DNA of 58,859 nucleotides, counting the filler, from Basidiobolus meristosporus CBS 931.73 (Eukaryota; Fungi; Basidiobolomycota), in NCBI GenBank assembly GCA_002104905.1. It is 3 parts of 3 records of this genome, joined end to end, with 100 filler letters (N's around TTAATTAATTAA, not from the genome) between each part and the next. Parts side by side here need not be neighbours in the genome. Positions count along the whole stretch, not along the records: positions 40,408 to 58,859 come from MCFE01001061.1; 2 more parts are not named here. One strand, given 5' to 3'. Of this stretch, positions 45,389 to 58,859 are shown in pieces (position 1 is the stretch's first letter; each line of letters opens with the position of its first letter). The translations under genes were made by a program, and so were the position numbers. The notes beneath the pieces are model-generated. The model was not told the DNA's origin. It saw only the letters and a list, made by a program, of their open reading frames with translations, and searched no databases.

Positions 45389-48300
45389 CCACTACCCCCT
45401 GCCCCTGATCAACACACTGTTGGATCAGCTATCTGCTGCTCAAGTCTTCACCAAGATTGACTTGAGAGGAGCTTACAATCTTGTCAGAATCAAGCCTGGT
45501 GATGAATAGAAAACTGCCTTTTGCACAAGATATGGTCACTTTGAGTACAAAGTAATGCCATTTGGCCTCACCAATGCTCCTGCTGTGTTTCAACACCTCA
45601 GGAATGACATATTCCATGAATACCTTGACTAGTTTGTGGTAATCTACCTTGATGATATTCTCATATACTCCAAGATCCAAGATGAACATGATGAACATGT
45701 CAAGAAAGTATTGAGAAAACTAGACTCTGCCAGTCTCTATGCCAAGCTAGAGAAGTGTGAATTTGACCAGAGAGAAGTGGAATTTCTTGGTTACCTCATC
45801 AGCCCTGAGGGAACAAGAATGGACCCAAAGAGAGTTGACTCAGTCCAATCCTGGAAAACTCCAAGCTCAGTCAAGGAGGTACAATCCTTCCTTGGATTTG
45901 CCAACTTCTATTGCAGGTTCATAGCCAACTACAACAAGATAGTCACCCCTCTGACAAAGCTTACCCAGAAGAACACACCTTTTGGCTGGAATGAGGAGCA
46001 ATCCAGCTCATTCAACCAACTCAAGCAATCTTTCCTGAAGGCCCCCCTGCTTGCCCACCCCGACCTTGAGAAGCAATTCATAGTGGAGACTGATGCTTCT
46101 GATTTTGCCCTTGGTGCCATACGCTCCCAGTATGTTGAGGACAATGTGTTGCACCCCATTGCATTCTACTCTTGGAAGTTTTCCCCTGCAGAGATCAACT
46201 ATGATATCTATGATAAGGAGTTGCTTGCCATCATTGTAGCCTTTGAGCAATGGAGACACTACCTGGACGGTGCAAAACACAAAAGCAAAGTCTTCTGTGA
46301 CCATAAGAACCTTGAGTACTTTGCAACTTCTAAAGTACTAAACCGGAGACAACCCAGATGGTCACTCTTCCTGTCCAGCATTGACTTTACTATCACCTAT
46401 ATACCTGGTGCAAAGCAAGGAGAGCCTGATGCCCTGTCCAGAAAAAAGGAATATGCCATGGAAGAGGGAGATGATGCCTGTTGGCAAATGGAACACCAAT
46501 TGCTGAGCAAGAAACATTTTGAGATTCTTGCCACCCAGTCCTCAAGTCTTGTCACCCCTTCATTTCTAGTAAGGATATCAGAATCCCAAGCCTCTGATAT
46601 GACTTCCAGCACCATCAAGAAATATCTGGAATCCCCAGTTGGGCCCCCTCCCAAGTTCCCAAACACCCAGAACCTGCATTTGGTAAACAACCTCATCTAC
46701 CACAAGTAGCAGCTTTATGTCCCAGACCCTGCCACCCAGCTAGACATCATTAAGTCTCAACATGATTCAATGGCTGCAGGCCACTATGGTACTGCCAAAA
46801 CCTTGAATGCTATCAAGAGAGATTTCTGGTGGCCTAGAATGATAACTCTTATCAAAGAGTACATTCTGACTTGCAATATTTGCAACCGTGTAAAACCCAC
46901 CAGACACCAGCCCTATGGACTTCTTCAGCCCTTGCCTATCCCAGAACACCAATGGAGATCTATATCTATGGACTTCATTACTGACCTGCCTGAGTCATGT
47001 GGCTTCAATGCTGTACTTGTAGTGGCTGACCAGCTGACCAAGATGGCTCACTTTATCCCTTGCTGTAAGAACACTGATGCAAAAGAAACCGCTGCATGAG
47101 TCCTGAAGAATATTTTCCGTCTTCATGGTATCCCCAGTGATATTGTGTCAGATAGAGGCCCACAGTTTGTGTCCAAGTTTTGGAAACACTTCATGCAATA
47201 CCTTGGTGTTCAAGTCAAGCTCTCTACTGCCTTCCATCTACAGTCAGATGGCCAGACTGAAAGAATCAGCCAGATTTTAGAGCAATACCTCCAATGCTAT
47301 GTCAATTTCCAGCAGGACAATTGGGTTGATCTACTCCCTGCTGCTGAGTTTGCCTACATCAACTCAAGCCATAGTGCAACCATTTTTACACCATTCTATG
47401 CAAACTATGGATTCCACCCTCAGTTTGATATCCAGATTCCAACAAACCCAATGAGCCCACATGTGGCTGAACATGCCCAAGCAATCCAGGACATCCAGAA
47501 CACCCTCAAGGAAGAGCTATCCTTAGCTCAGGAAAGCTACACAAAAATAGCCAATCTAAAACGGCACCCCAGCCCTGATCTTAATGAAGGAGATTCTGTA
47601 TGGTTGCTCAGAAGTAATATCAGCACCAACTGCCCTTGTGACAAGTTGGATTTCAAGAAACTTGGTCCCTTCAAGATCAAGAAGAAGCTTAGCCCTATAG
47701 TATATCAGCTACAGTTACCAGCAAGTATGAAAATCCATGATACTTTCCATGTGTCCCTCCCGGAGCCGTATTGTAGGAACGCATTGCTAAACTGGCAAGA
47801 AGCAATGCCCCAAGCCATCCAGGTTGACCAACATCAAGAATTTGAAGTTAAACAGATTCTAGACTCCAAGTATATCCGGTCAAAGCTGTACTACTTAGTA
47901 GACTGGATTGGTTATGGTCCAAGTGACCAAACATGGGAACCAGCTACCCATCTAACTAATTGTCAAGAACTAGTTACCCAGTTCCACCAGCAATATCCTG
48001 CAAAACCAGCCCCAAAGGGAAACAGAGCTTTGCCTGGAAGAGGAGAATAGTGTCATGATCACATGACAACCATGAACCTACATGCCAAGCTTCAGCTTCC
48101 TAGCTCAATTTTTAAGAGATTCCTTCTGGAACCTTCCACCACCTTCCAGAAAGTTCCTGACTATTCCAAACCCTTATTACACAATGGAACATTCCATGGA
48201 AGCTTCCCATTGTATTTTTCATAGTTCAGTACCATATATAGAAATACCAGGTCACATGACTTAGTCACATGATCAGGTGACCCAATACATTTCCCCCTCC

Positions 48301-48578
48301 TGTCTCAGTGCCTTGCCTTCTATGCTATTACCACTAGCACATTGCTGTGCCTCAACCCACAACCCCATTAGTATTAGCCAATATCTCTCAGCATCAGTAT
48401 AATCAAAAAGTATATATAGTCCTATCCCCCCTTAAGTATTCCTCAGTCTGATGAACACAGGTCTTGAATAAACAGCCTTGCCTTCAAAATCCACCTTGCC
48501 TTGTTGATCCACACCTAAGTCCTTTCCTGGTCCTGCCTTGCCTAGTCCTACTCTCCTGCCTTGTGTCTATTCATAACA

Positions 48579-51392
48579 CCAGTATCGTTTGTGAAGACAA
48601 AGGATGGAATACATTGGATGTGCATTGACTACAGAGCCCTCCACTCAGTTACTGTGAAGATTAAATACCCCATACCTTGGATTGATGAGCTTTTGGGCCA
48701 ACGTAATGGAGCCACTACATTCCGCAAGATTGACCTCATGTCAGGATACAACCAGATTAGAGTGAAGCCAGAAGACATCCTTACAACAGTATTCAGGACC
48801 AGATATGGACATTACCAGTACTTAGACATGAGTTTTGGCCTCACCAATGCCCTTGCAACATTTATGACCCTGATGCAGACTGTCTTCCAGGAGTACTTGG
48901 GCAGGTTTCTGATAATCTACCTAGATGACATATTGATAAACAGCAAGACAGAAGAGGATCACATGGTGCACATTGAAAAGGTCTTGAAGTAGCTGAGAGA
49001 GAACAAACTATATGGCAAGCTAGCCAAGTGTGAAATCTTCAAAGAACATGTTGAATACCATGGACACATAGTGGCTAGCACAGGAGTGACCTTAGACCCT
49101 AAGAAGGTTGAATTTAGCAAGAATCTGAAGCAGCCCCATAGCATATCAGAACTCAGATCATTCCTTGGAATGGTTTCCTATTATTGGATATTTTCAAGTC
49201 CTTTGCAAGCATTGCAGCCCCTTTAACTTGTATCCTTAAGAAAGACAATACTCACAAGTAGGACATAGCTTGTGAGACTGCCTTTCAGAAGCTAAAGAAT
49301 GAACTTGCTAAGTTACCAAGCTTAAGAATACCTGGCTGCAGAAAAGAGTTTACTCAGTGATCAGATGCTTCAGACTATACAATTAGTGGAGTCCTAAGCT
49401 AAGAACACAAGCAAAATGACTACCCAGTTGTATTTGAGTACAAGATACTGAACTCAGTAGAACATAACTATCCTCTACATGAGAAGGAGATGTTTGCTAT
49501 AATACACTGCTTGAAGACATGAATATGCTTTACTGAAGGAGTTAAGTGCACTGTGAAGCCTGATCATGCCTCCCTCAAGTATATTTTTGCCCTGATGGTA
49601 CTCTCTAGAAAAATGACAGGATGCAATGAATACATTCAGCAGTTTGATTTGGGGATTGTCTACTGCTCTGGGAAAAACAACAAGGTTGCTGATGCCTTAT
49701 CAACATTGGAACAAGTTGCACAACTGAACTTGGTGCATGAATCAGATTGGCCTAGCTTATTACCAAAGTATTTGGAGGACCAAGACATTCCTAATGAGGT
49801 GGATGAAGAGATGAAGAAGATAATCCAGGATGAAGCCAGCAAATTTGTGGTACATGATGAGACACTCCACCAGGTTGTTGGTGGAGGCTCTATTGCCTAT
49901 TGCCCTTTTGTTGCTTGCCTGGACTTAATTCATAAGCTACAAAATGCATATGGATATCTTGGAATCAAAGCGGCCTATAGCCTAGTGGGAGCTAAAGAAT
50001 GGTGGCCCTGAATGAAACAAGACATTGAGAAGCTAGTGAAAAAATTCCCAAACCGCCATATCAACTGAGACCAACCACAAACAATTGCCAAACTGCTTCC
50101 CTTGGAGCCTGTAAGACTATTTGAAAGATAGGGAAATGACTTTATTGGTAGGCTGCCAACTACCAGGAAATGCAACCATTGGATCCTTGTTGCAATTGAT
50201 CATGCCACCAAATTGTTGGTGGCTAAAGCAGCTCCTGTAGCCAGTGAACAGGAAGTTGCAAGCTTCATCTACCATGAGATCCTTATGAAGTTTGGATGCC
50301 CTGTGGGGATTCTATCCAATAGAGGAGCAAACTTTATGGCAAAGACATTGGAAGCTTGCCTGGAAATGCAGCAGATCAAACACTTGAAAACCTTGGCATA
50401 TCACCCTAGAACTAATGGAGTCACTGAGTGGTTCAATGGGTAATTTGGAAAAATGCTGACCAAGTATGCTTATGGAGCTGTCAGTAGATGGAATGAGTAT
50501 ATAGACCAAGCACTTTTTGCATGCATAGTTTGATTACACAACACCACCCAACAATTGACATTTTATTCAGTGTATGGATGTGACCTTAGGATTCCAGGAG
50601 ATCTCACACAACCAAGGCTTACAGACACCTTAGAAGATCAACTCAGTCAGCCAAGTAGACACCAGCAGCTGGAACAAAGATGTTAAGAGGCACAGGCCAA
50701 AGTATTTTAAGATGCAGCAAAGATGAAGCAGAGATTTGATAAGACTACATCTCCAGAATCATTGACAGTTGGGAACTTTGAGTTACTAAGAAACAATGCT
50801 CAAATGCAGTTTGAGCCACAATAGATAGGACCTTTTAAGATCATCAGAGAATGTCCATTTGCAACTTATCAACTAGTGGACAAACTAGAAAATATCTGGG
50901 AAGATTTAGTTCATCATGACAGACTAAAGCTTGCAAGACTTGCCAACAATACTGAACCATCAAGAGATTGGTATCACAAGAAGAGAGATCCAGGAGAACC
51001 CTCTCAACTTTAGTACAGGCAAATGTTATAACTTACTACTTGAGTACTTAAGTTATATCAGCTTTTGGTCACATCAATTAGTCAAATGTTTAGCCTATTG
51101 GTAGATCAGTGTTATTTACCAAATCAGTAGCATTAGTCAGCAAATAAATCAGAAGATCACTATCAGACAGGAATAGATATATTAAGTGGCATCTTATTAG
51201 GTGATAATGATGCAATCAAATGATTCATCAGTCACTACCTGCAATAGGAGATAGAGTTAGTCAGCAATTGATCTGGCAAAATGTATATAAGGAGCTGCTG
51301 GAACCTCAAAAAAGATCAGTTCAAGCTTTGGTGAATACAATACTAGCTAAACTCCCTATTCCTCTACAACTCTCATAGAAAGATTTGTAACA
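48579..51392 (+). mobile_element. Old 5'-truncated Ty3/gypsy family D copy (RT-RH-IN plus 3' LTR 51024-51392)
   Basis: Heavily mutated homolog of 52898-55400; LTR similar to family D LTRs. Confidence 0.85.
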
Positions 51393-51795
51393 GAGTCATT
51401 GATCTTTATTCTTACTGGCTGAGTAATATAGTTGATTATGTGAGAGTTCCTATCAGTAGTTAAGAATGAGATTTGGTGGGTCCTGAGTGGATTCCAGCTT
51501 TCAAAGTAAATTGCTCTGACATGAACTCATGCAATGTTCCTGAGTCAATCATGATCTTGGCAGGTACTCCATTGATTACTCCATTCAAGTATAATAGCTC
51601 ATCTAATCTTTGGGTCATATGTGAAAGGTATCTTTCAGTCATATGGAAGGTGAGGTATCAGTCTTCTTCAAGTTCATCCTCCATGTTACTAAGCCCAAGG
51701 GCCTCAATATGGTAGAAGGTTCTTGATGGCTGGTGTCCATTTATTGCCACATGCTATTGTTGGGCATCTATTCTTGATGTATACTGCAGTATTAA
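51393..51795 (-). pseudogene. Family D protease-region fragment
   Basis: LYLNGVINGVPAKIMIDSG matches 55762-57033. Confidence 0.75.
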
Positions 51796-52522
51796 TGTTA
51801 TGATCTACCACTTGAATGTTTAAGTTAGATTGGTTTTTAGTTAAATCAATTAGTTTTATGTTTAGCCTATGAGTACATCAGTGTTATCTATCAAATCAGT
51901 AGTATTAGTCAGCAGATGAATTAGCAGATCCTTATCAGACAGAAATAGTTATATTAAGTATGTTCTTATTGGGTGATGACAATGCAATCAAATGAGTCAT
52001 CAGCCACAGCCTACATTAGGAAATACAATTAGTCAGCAAATGATCTGGCAAAATGTATATAAGGAGCTGCTGGAACCTCAATAAAAATCAGTTCAAGTTT
52101 TAGTGAATACAATATTAGTTGAACTCCCTATTCCTCTACAACTCTTGTACCAAGACTTGTAACATTGGTAGCAGCAACAACCAGAAACCTCCCACCTGAA
52201 GAAAGAAGAAACCACCCTCAAGATGTTGGACAATCAAGAATGGAAAAATGCTATGCAGCAAGTCCTGGCCCAACAGTAACAGTTACTCCAGATCCTCAGC
52301 CAACAGCAACAAGGAATGACTACCATGGCTCAGAGCCAGCAAAGCCCTGTCAAGAGCAACTTTAGTGTGAAGGTCAACTGGTACTGTGGCTGAGTCAATG
52401 AAAAGCTGGGAACTTGGCTCTTTCAGATTGAAGAAGCTTTTAAGGCTAAAGGAATTGCGCCAGAAAGCAAGTTGCATTATGCAGCTTCTTACCTGACAGA
52501 TGCAGCCTTAAAGTGGTACCAC

Positions 52523-55500
52523 TGTTACAAGTCTTGGTATAAGAGTTGTAGAGGAATAGGGAGTTTAGCTAGTATTGTATTCACTAAAACTTGAACTGAT
52601 TTTTATTGAGGTTCCAGCAGCTCCTTATATACATTTTGCCAGATCAATTGCTGACTAATTGTATTTCCTAATGTAGGTTGTGGCTGATGACTCATTTGAT
52701 TGCATCATCTTCACCCAATAAGATCCTACTTAATATATTTATTTCTGTCTGATAAGGATCTGCTGATTCATTTGCTGACTAATGCTACTGATTTCATAGA
52801 AAATACTGATATACTGATAACCTAAACATATACTAATTGATTTGACTAAAAATTGATCTAACTTAAACATTCAAGCGGCAGATCATAACTTTCTCCCCTA
52901 CAAAAGTTGAGAGGGTTCTCCTGAATCTCTTTTCTTGTGATACCAATATCTTGATGGTTCAGTATTATCAGCAAGTCTTGCACGCTTGAGTCTATCCCTA
53001 TGCACTAAGTCTTCCCGGATATTACCTTGTTTGTCCACCAGTTGGTAAGTTGTAAATGGACATTCTCTGATGATCTTGAATGGTCCTGTCCATTGTGGCT
53101 CAAACTTCTTCCTAGTGTTGTTTCTTAGCAATACAAAGTTCCCAACTGTCAATGCTTCTGGTGCTATAGTCTTATCAAATCTCTGCTTCATCTTTTCTGC
53201 ACTTTGAGATACTTTGGTCTGTGCCTCTTAACGTCTTTGTTCCAGTTGCTGGTGTCTACTTGGCTGACTGAGTTCATCTTCTAAGGTGTCGGTAAGCTTT
53301 GGTTGTGTGAGATCTCCTGGAATCCTTGGTTCACATCCATAAACTAAGTAAAATGGTGATAGTTGGGTGGTGTTGTGTACTCTGACTCTGCATGCAAAGA
53401 GTGCTTGGTCTATATACTCATCCCATCTACTGACAACTCCATTTGCATACTTGGTCAGCATTTTTCCAAATAATCCATTAAACCGCTCAGTGACTCCATT
53501 AGTTCTGGGGTGATATGCCGAGGTTTTCAAGTGTCTGATCTGCTGCATTTCCAGGTAAGCCTCTAATGTCTTTGCTATAATGTTTGCTCCTCTATCAGAT
53601 AAGATCTCCACAGGGCACTCAAACTTCATCAGGATCTCATGGTAAATGAAACTTGCAACTTCTTGTTCACTGGCTATTGGTACAGCTTTAGCAACTGGCC
53701 ATTTAGTGACATGGTCAATAACTACTAGGATCCAATGGTTGCATTTCCTGGTAGTTGGCAGTCTTCCAATAAAGTCAATTCCCTATCTCTCAAATGGTCT
53801 TACGGGCTCCAAAGGGAAGAGTTTGGCAATTCTTTGTGGCTGGCCTTGATTGATTTGGCAGTTTGGGCATGTTTTCACTAGCTTCTCAATATCTTGTTTC
53901 ATTCTGGGCCACCATGCTCTGGCTTTCACAAGGCTATAGGTTCCTTCAATCCCAAGATGTCCATATCCATTGTGTAGCTTATGTATTAAATCCAGGCAAG
54001 CAACATAAGGACAATAGGCAATAGGGCTTCCATCAACAATTTGGTAGAGTGTTTCATCCTGTACAACAAATTTGCTGGCTTCATCACGGATTATCTTCTT
54101 GATATTTTCATCCCCCTCATTAGGAATGGCTTGGTCCTCCAAGTACTTTGGTAATAGGCTAGGCCAATCTGATTCATGCACCAAGTTGAGTTGTGCAACT
54201 TGATCTAATCTTGATAAGGCATCAGCAACCGTGTTGTTTTTTCCAGGGCAGTAGACAATCTCCAGGTCAGGTTGCTGAATGTATTCACTCCATCTTGTCA
54301 TTCTCCTAGAGAGTACCTTCTGAGTAAATATATACTTGAGGGAGGCATGATCAGTCTTCAGAGTGCATTTGACTCCTTCAATATAGCATCTCCATGTCTT
54401 CAAACAGTGTATTATAGCAAGCATCTCCTTCTCATGGACTGGATAGTTTTGTTCTGCTGAGCTCAGTTTCTTGGGTTCAAAGGCAACAGGGTAGTCCTTT
54501 CCCTCGTGTTCTTGGCTCAGCACTCCACCAATTGCATAATCTGAAGCATCTGTGCACAGAGTGAACTCTTTTCTGAAGTCTGGTATTCTTAGGCTTGGCA
54601 GCTTAGCAAGTTCATTCTTGAGCGTCTGGAAGGCAGTCTCACAAGCTATGTCCCACTTGTAGGTATTGTCTTTCTTGAGGATATCAGTTAAAGGGGCTGC
54701 AATACTTGCAAAAGACTTGACAAATCTCCAATAATAGGAAACCATTCCAAGGAATGATCTGAGTTCTGATATGCTATGGGGCTGCTTCAAATTCTTGATT
54801 ACTTCCACCTTCTTTGGGTCTAAGGTTACTCCTGTGCTAGTCACTATGTGTCCCAGGTATTCAACGTGCTCCTTGAAGAATTCACACTTGGCTAGCTTGC
54901 CATATAGCTTGTTCTCTCTTAGTTTCTTCAAGACCTTTTCAATGTGCACTACGTGATCCTCTTCTGTCTTGCTGTATATCAATATGTCATCCAGGTAGAT
55001 TATCACAAACTTGTCTAAGTACTCCTGAAAGACAGTCTGCACAGCATCATGAATGTTGCAGGGGCATTGGTGAGGCCAATACTCATGACTAAGTACTTGT
55101 AATGTCCATATCTGGTCCTGAATGCTGTCTTGGGGATGTCTTCTGGCTTCACCCTAATCTGGTTGTATCCTGACATGAGGTCAATCTTGCTGAAAATAGT
55201 GGCTCCATTAAGTTGGTCTAAAAGCTCATCAACCCAAGGTATGGAGTACTTATTCTTGACAGTAACTGAGTTCAGGGCTCTGTAGTCAATGTACATCCTA
55301 AGTGTTCCATCCTTCTTTTTCACAAAAAGCACTGGTGCTCCCCAGGGTGACTTGCTGGACCTGATGTATCCTTGCTCCAATAGCTGATCAATTTGTCTCT
55401 TCATTTCCTCCAATTCTAATGGACTCATTCTGTAAGGTGTCTTGCTCACTGGAGGGCTATTTCCTGCGTCAATGGCATGATCCATGTCTCTGACTGGTGG

Positions 55501-57458
55501 TAGGCTTACCAGCTCATCTGGGAACATGTCTTAATTTTTTTTCAAGAGAGTCTGGACCTGCTGGGGTGCTGGGGTAGAGGAATCCTCCTGTAATACCGCC
55601 ATGAGGAACATCTTGGTACCTTTTCTAAGTGCTCTACAGAACTGGGTCATGCTAAGTTCACTTGTCTCACACACACTGGAATTGACCAAGTTGAAATCCA
55701 GCCTGGCAGGTAATAGCTCATAGGTCTTGTTGTCTTTTTGGATCTGAGTAGCATGGGTTCTCTAGTTGATTGATGGATTACAACAAAATAGCCAGGTTTT
55801 TCCAAGTACAAGGTCAAACTTGCAGTTCCCAAATATATAAGCCTGTAGGTCTTCTTCATAGTCATTGATCTTCATTCTTACTGGCTGGGTAATACGGTTG
55901 ATTATGTGGGAGTTCCCAACAGCCGTGGAAACTGAAGTTGATTTGGTAGGTTCCGAGTTGATTCCAGCTTTCAAAGCAAATTGCTCTGACATGTACTCAT
56001 GCAATGCTCCTGAGTCAATCATCATCTTGGCAGGTACTCCATTGATTACTCCATTCAAGTACAATAACTTCCCTGAGTTTGAAGTCATTTGGGACAAGTA
56101 CTCTTCTGTCATATGGAAGGTGAGTTCCAAGTCTTCTTCAAGCTCATCTTCCACAATACTGTGTTCATGGGACTCAATATGGTTGAAGGTTCTTGTGGGC
56201 TGGTGTCCATTACTTCTCTGAGGGCAGTACTTTGCAATATGTCCCTGCTGGTGGCAATTAAAGCAAAGTCCTCTCTTCTTGCATACTTCTGAGGAGGGAT
56301 TCTTCTGCATAGCGTCTATTTCCATTGGTACTGCTTCTGATTGTCTTCTTTCATAATGATTGTAGCCTTTCTGATTAGTCACTGTAGGCTTCCCAACTCC
56401 AAACATAGCTGAGTCATAGTCAATGGCAATCTTGATGGCTTCTTCAATAGTCTGAGGTCTTTGGTAATTCACTTCCTTGCAAGTTCTTTCTTTCAACCCA
56501 TCAATAAAGTATTCAACTTGATCCAAGGGGTCCATTCTTTCAATTTGCCCTAGTAGACATCTGTACTCATAGATGTATTCTTGAACCATTCCTTTCTGTC
56601 TGAGTGTCTTAAACTTCCTTCTTAGTAGTGTCTGCTGGTGTGGAGGTTCAAAAGCATCCTGAATTTCCAACACAAACTCATCCCAGGTAGAGATTGTAGA
56701 GCATCCCATCATAGTAGCTGACCTGATCTTGTTGTGGTACCACTGTAAAGCTGCATCTGCCAGGTAAGAAGCTGCATAATGCAACTTGCTCTCTGGAGCA
56801 ATTCCTTTGGCTTTAAAAGCTTCTTCCATCTGAAATAGCCAAGTTCCCAGGTTTTCATTGACTCTGCCATGGTACCGGTTGACCTTCACACTAAAGTTGC
56901 TCTTGACAGGGCTTTGCTGGCTCTGAGCCATGGTAGTCATTCCTTGTTGCTGTTGGCTGAGGATCTGGAGTAATTGTTGATGTTGGGCCAGGATTTGCTG
57001 CATGGCATTCTTCCATTCTTGATTGTCCAACATCTTGAGGGTGGTTTCTTCTTTCTTCAGGAGGGAGGTTTCTGGTTATCGCTGCTACCAATGTTACAAG
57101 TCTTGGTATAAGAGTTGTAGAGGAATAGGGAGTTTAGCTAGTATTGTATTCACTAAACTTGAACTGATTTTTATTGAGGTTCCAGCAGCTCCTTATATAC
57201 ATTTTGCCAGATCAATTGCTGACTAATTGTATTTCCTAATGTTGGTTGTGGCTGATGACTCATTTGATTGCATCATCTTCACCCAATAAGATCCTACTTA
57301 ATATATCTATTTCTGTCTGATAAGGATCTGCTGATTCATTTGCTGACTAATGCTACTGATTTCATAGATAATACTGATATACTGATAACCTAAACATATA
57401 CTGATTGATTTGACTAAAAATTGATCTAACTTAAACATTCAAGCGGCAGATCATAACA
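52523..57458 (-). mobile_element. Full-length Ty3/gypsy family D copy D1 (4.9 kb)
   Basis: LTRs 52523-52890 and 57092-57458 (about 5 substitutions plus 1 indel), PBS TGGTAGCAGC, PPT TAGGGGAGAA, 4-bp duplication CCAC. Confidence 0.93.
52898..57033 (-). pseudogene. D1 gag-pol with stops and frameshifts
   Basis: LADAALQWY, CFNCHQQGHIAKYC, MIDSGA, YLDD, TDASD, YHPRTNGVTER motifs. Confidence 0.9.
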
Positions 57459-58859
57459 CCACAACAAGATCAGGCCAGCCACTTTGATGGGATGCCCTAC
57501 AATCTCTACCTGGGAAGAGTTTGTGTTGGAAATTCAGGATGCTTTTGAACCTCCACACCAGCAGACACTACTTAGAAGGAAGTTAAAGACACCCTGATAG
57601 AAAGGAATGGTTCAAGAATACATCTATGAGTACAGATGTCTACTTGGACAAATTGAAAGAATGGAACCCCTGGATCATGTTGAATACTTTACTGATGGGT
57701 TGAAAGAAAGAACTTGCAAGGAAGTGAATTACCAAAGACCTCAGACTATTGAAGAAGCCATCAAGATTGCCATTGACTATGACTCAGCTATGTTTGGAGT
57801 TGGGAAGCCCACAGTGACTAATCAGAAAGGCTACAATCATTATGAAAGAAGACAATCAGAAGCAGTACCAATGGAAATAGACGCTATGCAGAAGAATCCC
57901 TCCTCAGAAGAATGCAAGAAGAAAGGACTTTGCTTCAATTGCCACCAGCAAGGACTCATCTCAAAGTACTGCCCCCAGAGAAGAAATGGACACCAGCCAA
58001 CAAGAACCTTCAACCATATTGAGTCCCATGAGCACAGTAATGTGGAGGATGAGCTTGAAGAAGACTTGGAACTCATGTTCAGTATGACAGAAGAGTACTT
58101 GTCCCAAATGACCTCAAACTCAGGGAAGTTGTTGTACTTAAATGGAGTAATCATTGGAGTACCTGCCAAAATCATGATTGACTCAGGAGCATCACATGAA
58201 TACATGTCAGAGCATTTTGCCTTGAAAGTTGGAATCAACTTGGAACCTACCAAATCAACTTCAGTCTCCACAACTGATGGGAACTCTCACATAATCAACC
58301 GTATTACCAAGCCAGTAATAATGAAGATCAATGACTATGAAGAAGACCTACAGGTCTATATATTTGGGAACTGCAAGTTTGATCTTGTACTTGGAAAAAC
58401 CTGGCTATTTTGTTGTAATCCATCAATCAGCTGGAGAACCCATGCTACTCAGATCCAAAAGGACAACAAGACCTATGAGCTATTACCTGCCAGGCGGGAT
58501 CTCAACTTGGTCAACTCCAGTATGTGTGAGACAAGTGAACTTAGCAAGAGCCAGTTCTGTAGAGCACTTAGAAAAGGTACCCAGATATTCCTCCTGGCGG
58601 TATTACCGGAGGATTTCTCTACCCCAGCATCCCAGCAGGTCCAGACTCTCTTGAAGAAATATTCAGACGTGTTTCCAGATGAGCTTATAAGTGAACCACC
58701 AGTCAGAGACGTGGATCATTGCCTTGACACAGGAGATAGCCCTCCAGTGAGCAAGACAAATTACAGAATGAGTCCATTGGAGTTGGAGAAAAATGAAGAG
58801 ACAAATTGATCAGCTATTGGTGCAAGGATACATCAGACCCAGCAAGTCACCTTGGGGAG

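Larger units (their letters stand above)
42652..48050 (+). pseudogene. Chromovirus pol (PR-RT-RH-IN-chromodomain), interrupted and with stops
   Basis: [42 protein letters not shown], chromodomain. Confidence 0.92.
41153..48578 (+). mobile_element. Chromovirus (Ty3/gypsy, Tf1/sushi-like), degenerate, with two nested solo LTRs
   Basis: Partial 5' LTR 41153-41308, 3' LTR 48051-48578, PPT GGAAGAGGAGAATAG, C-terminal chromodomain FEVKQILDS..YLVDWIGY..TWEP. Confidence 0.92.
51796..58859 (+). mobile_element. Family D copy D2 (5' LTR 51796-52164, PBS TGGTAGCAGC, gag-PR-RT start), host of nested D1; runs off the window
   Basis: Gag is split at TGGTACCAC|AACAAG and resumes at 57463; ORF 57607-58809 is nearly identical to D1 gag-PR. 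Confidence 0.88.

Noticed and set aside
52684-52690. CTGATGA hammerhead-like core in family D LTRs
   Set aside because: No stem II followed by GAAA could be drawn.
1-58859. Classical RIP; tRNA or rRNA genes; short antisense ORFs over transposons
   Set aside because: CpA/TpG are abundant rather than depleted, pointing to CpG deamination; no RNA gene was recognised; antisense ORFs lack motifs and shadow real frames.

Overview
Eukaryotic, repeat-rich DNA, most likely fungal and possibly early-diverging (inference from TTAGGG telomeres, fungal-type Ty3/gypsy and CACTA elements, and strong CpG loss in repeats). It consists of three contigs joined by artificial 100-nt N/TTAATTAATTAA linkers: 1-26125, 26226-40307 and 40408-58859. 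Contigs 1 and 3 are nested and mostly dead transposons: Ty1/copia, at least three Ty3/gypsy families including a chromovirus, CACTA-like and PIF/ISL2EU-like DNA transposons, plus one stand-alone HIRAN-like ORF. Contig 2 is a chromosome end. It holds a tandem pair of small secreted-protein genes, two foldback MITEs, and a head-to-tail stack of telomeric non-LTR retroelements ending in (TTAGGG)n. Best candidate for an undescribed system is that stack: an intact APE-endonuclease/RT LINE with a CCCTAACCCTAA 3' tail and a conserved 3' hairpin, ORF1 and ORF2 in one frame separated only by TGA-CTA plus a downstream hairpin (candidate stop-codon readthrough), no CpG found by eye over 4.3 kb, and an ORF1-only non-autonomous partner with the same 3' end. 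A second notable signal is a Ty3/gypsy family whose 4-bp target duplications are all centred on CpG. All comparisons were done by eye; no database searches were run.
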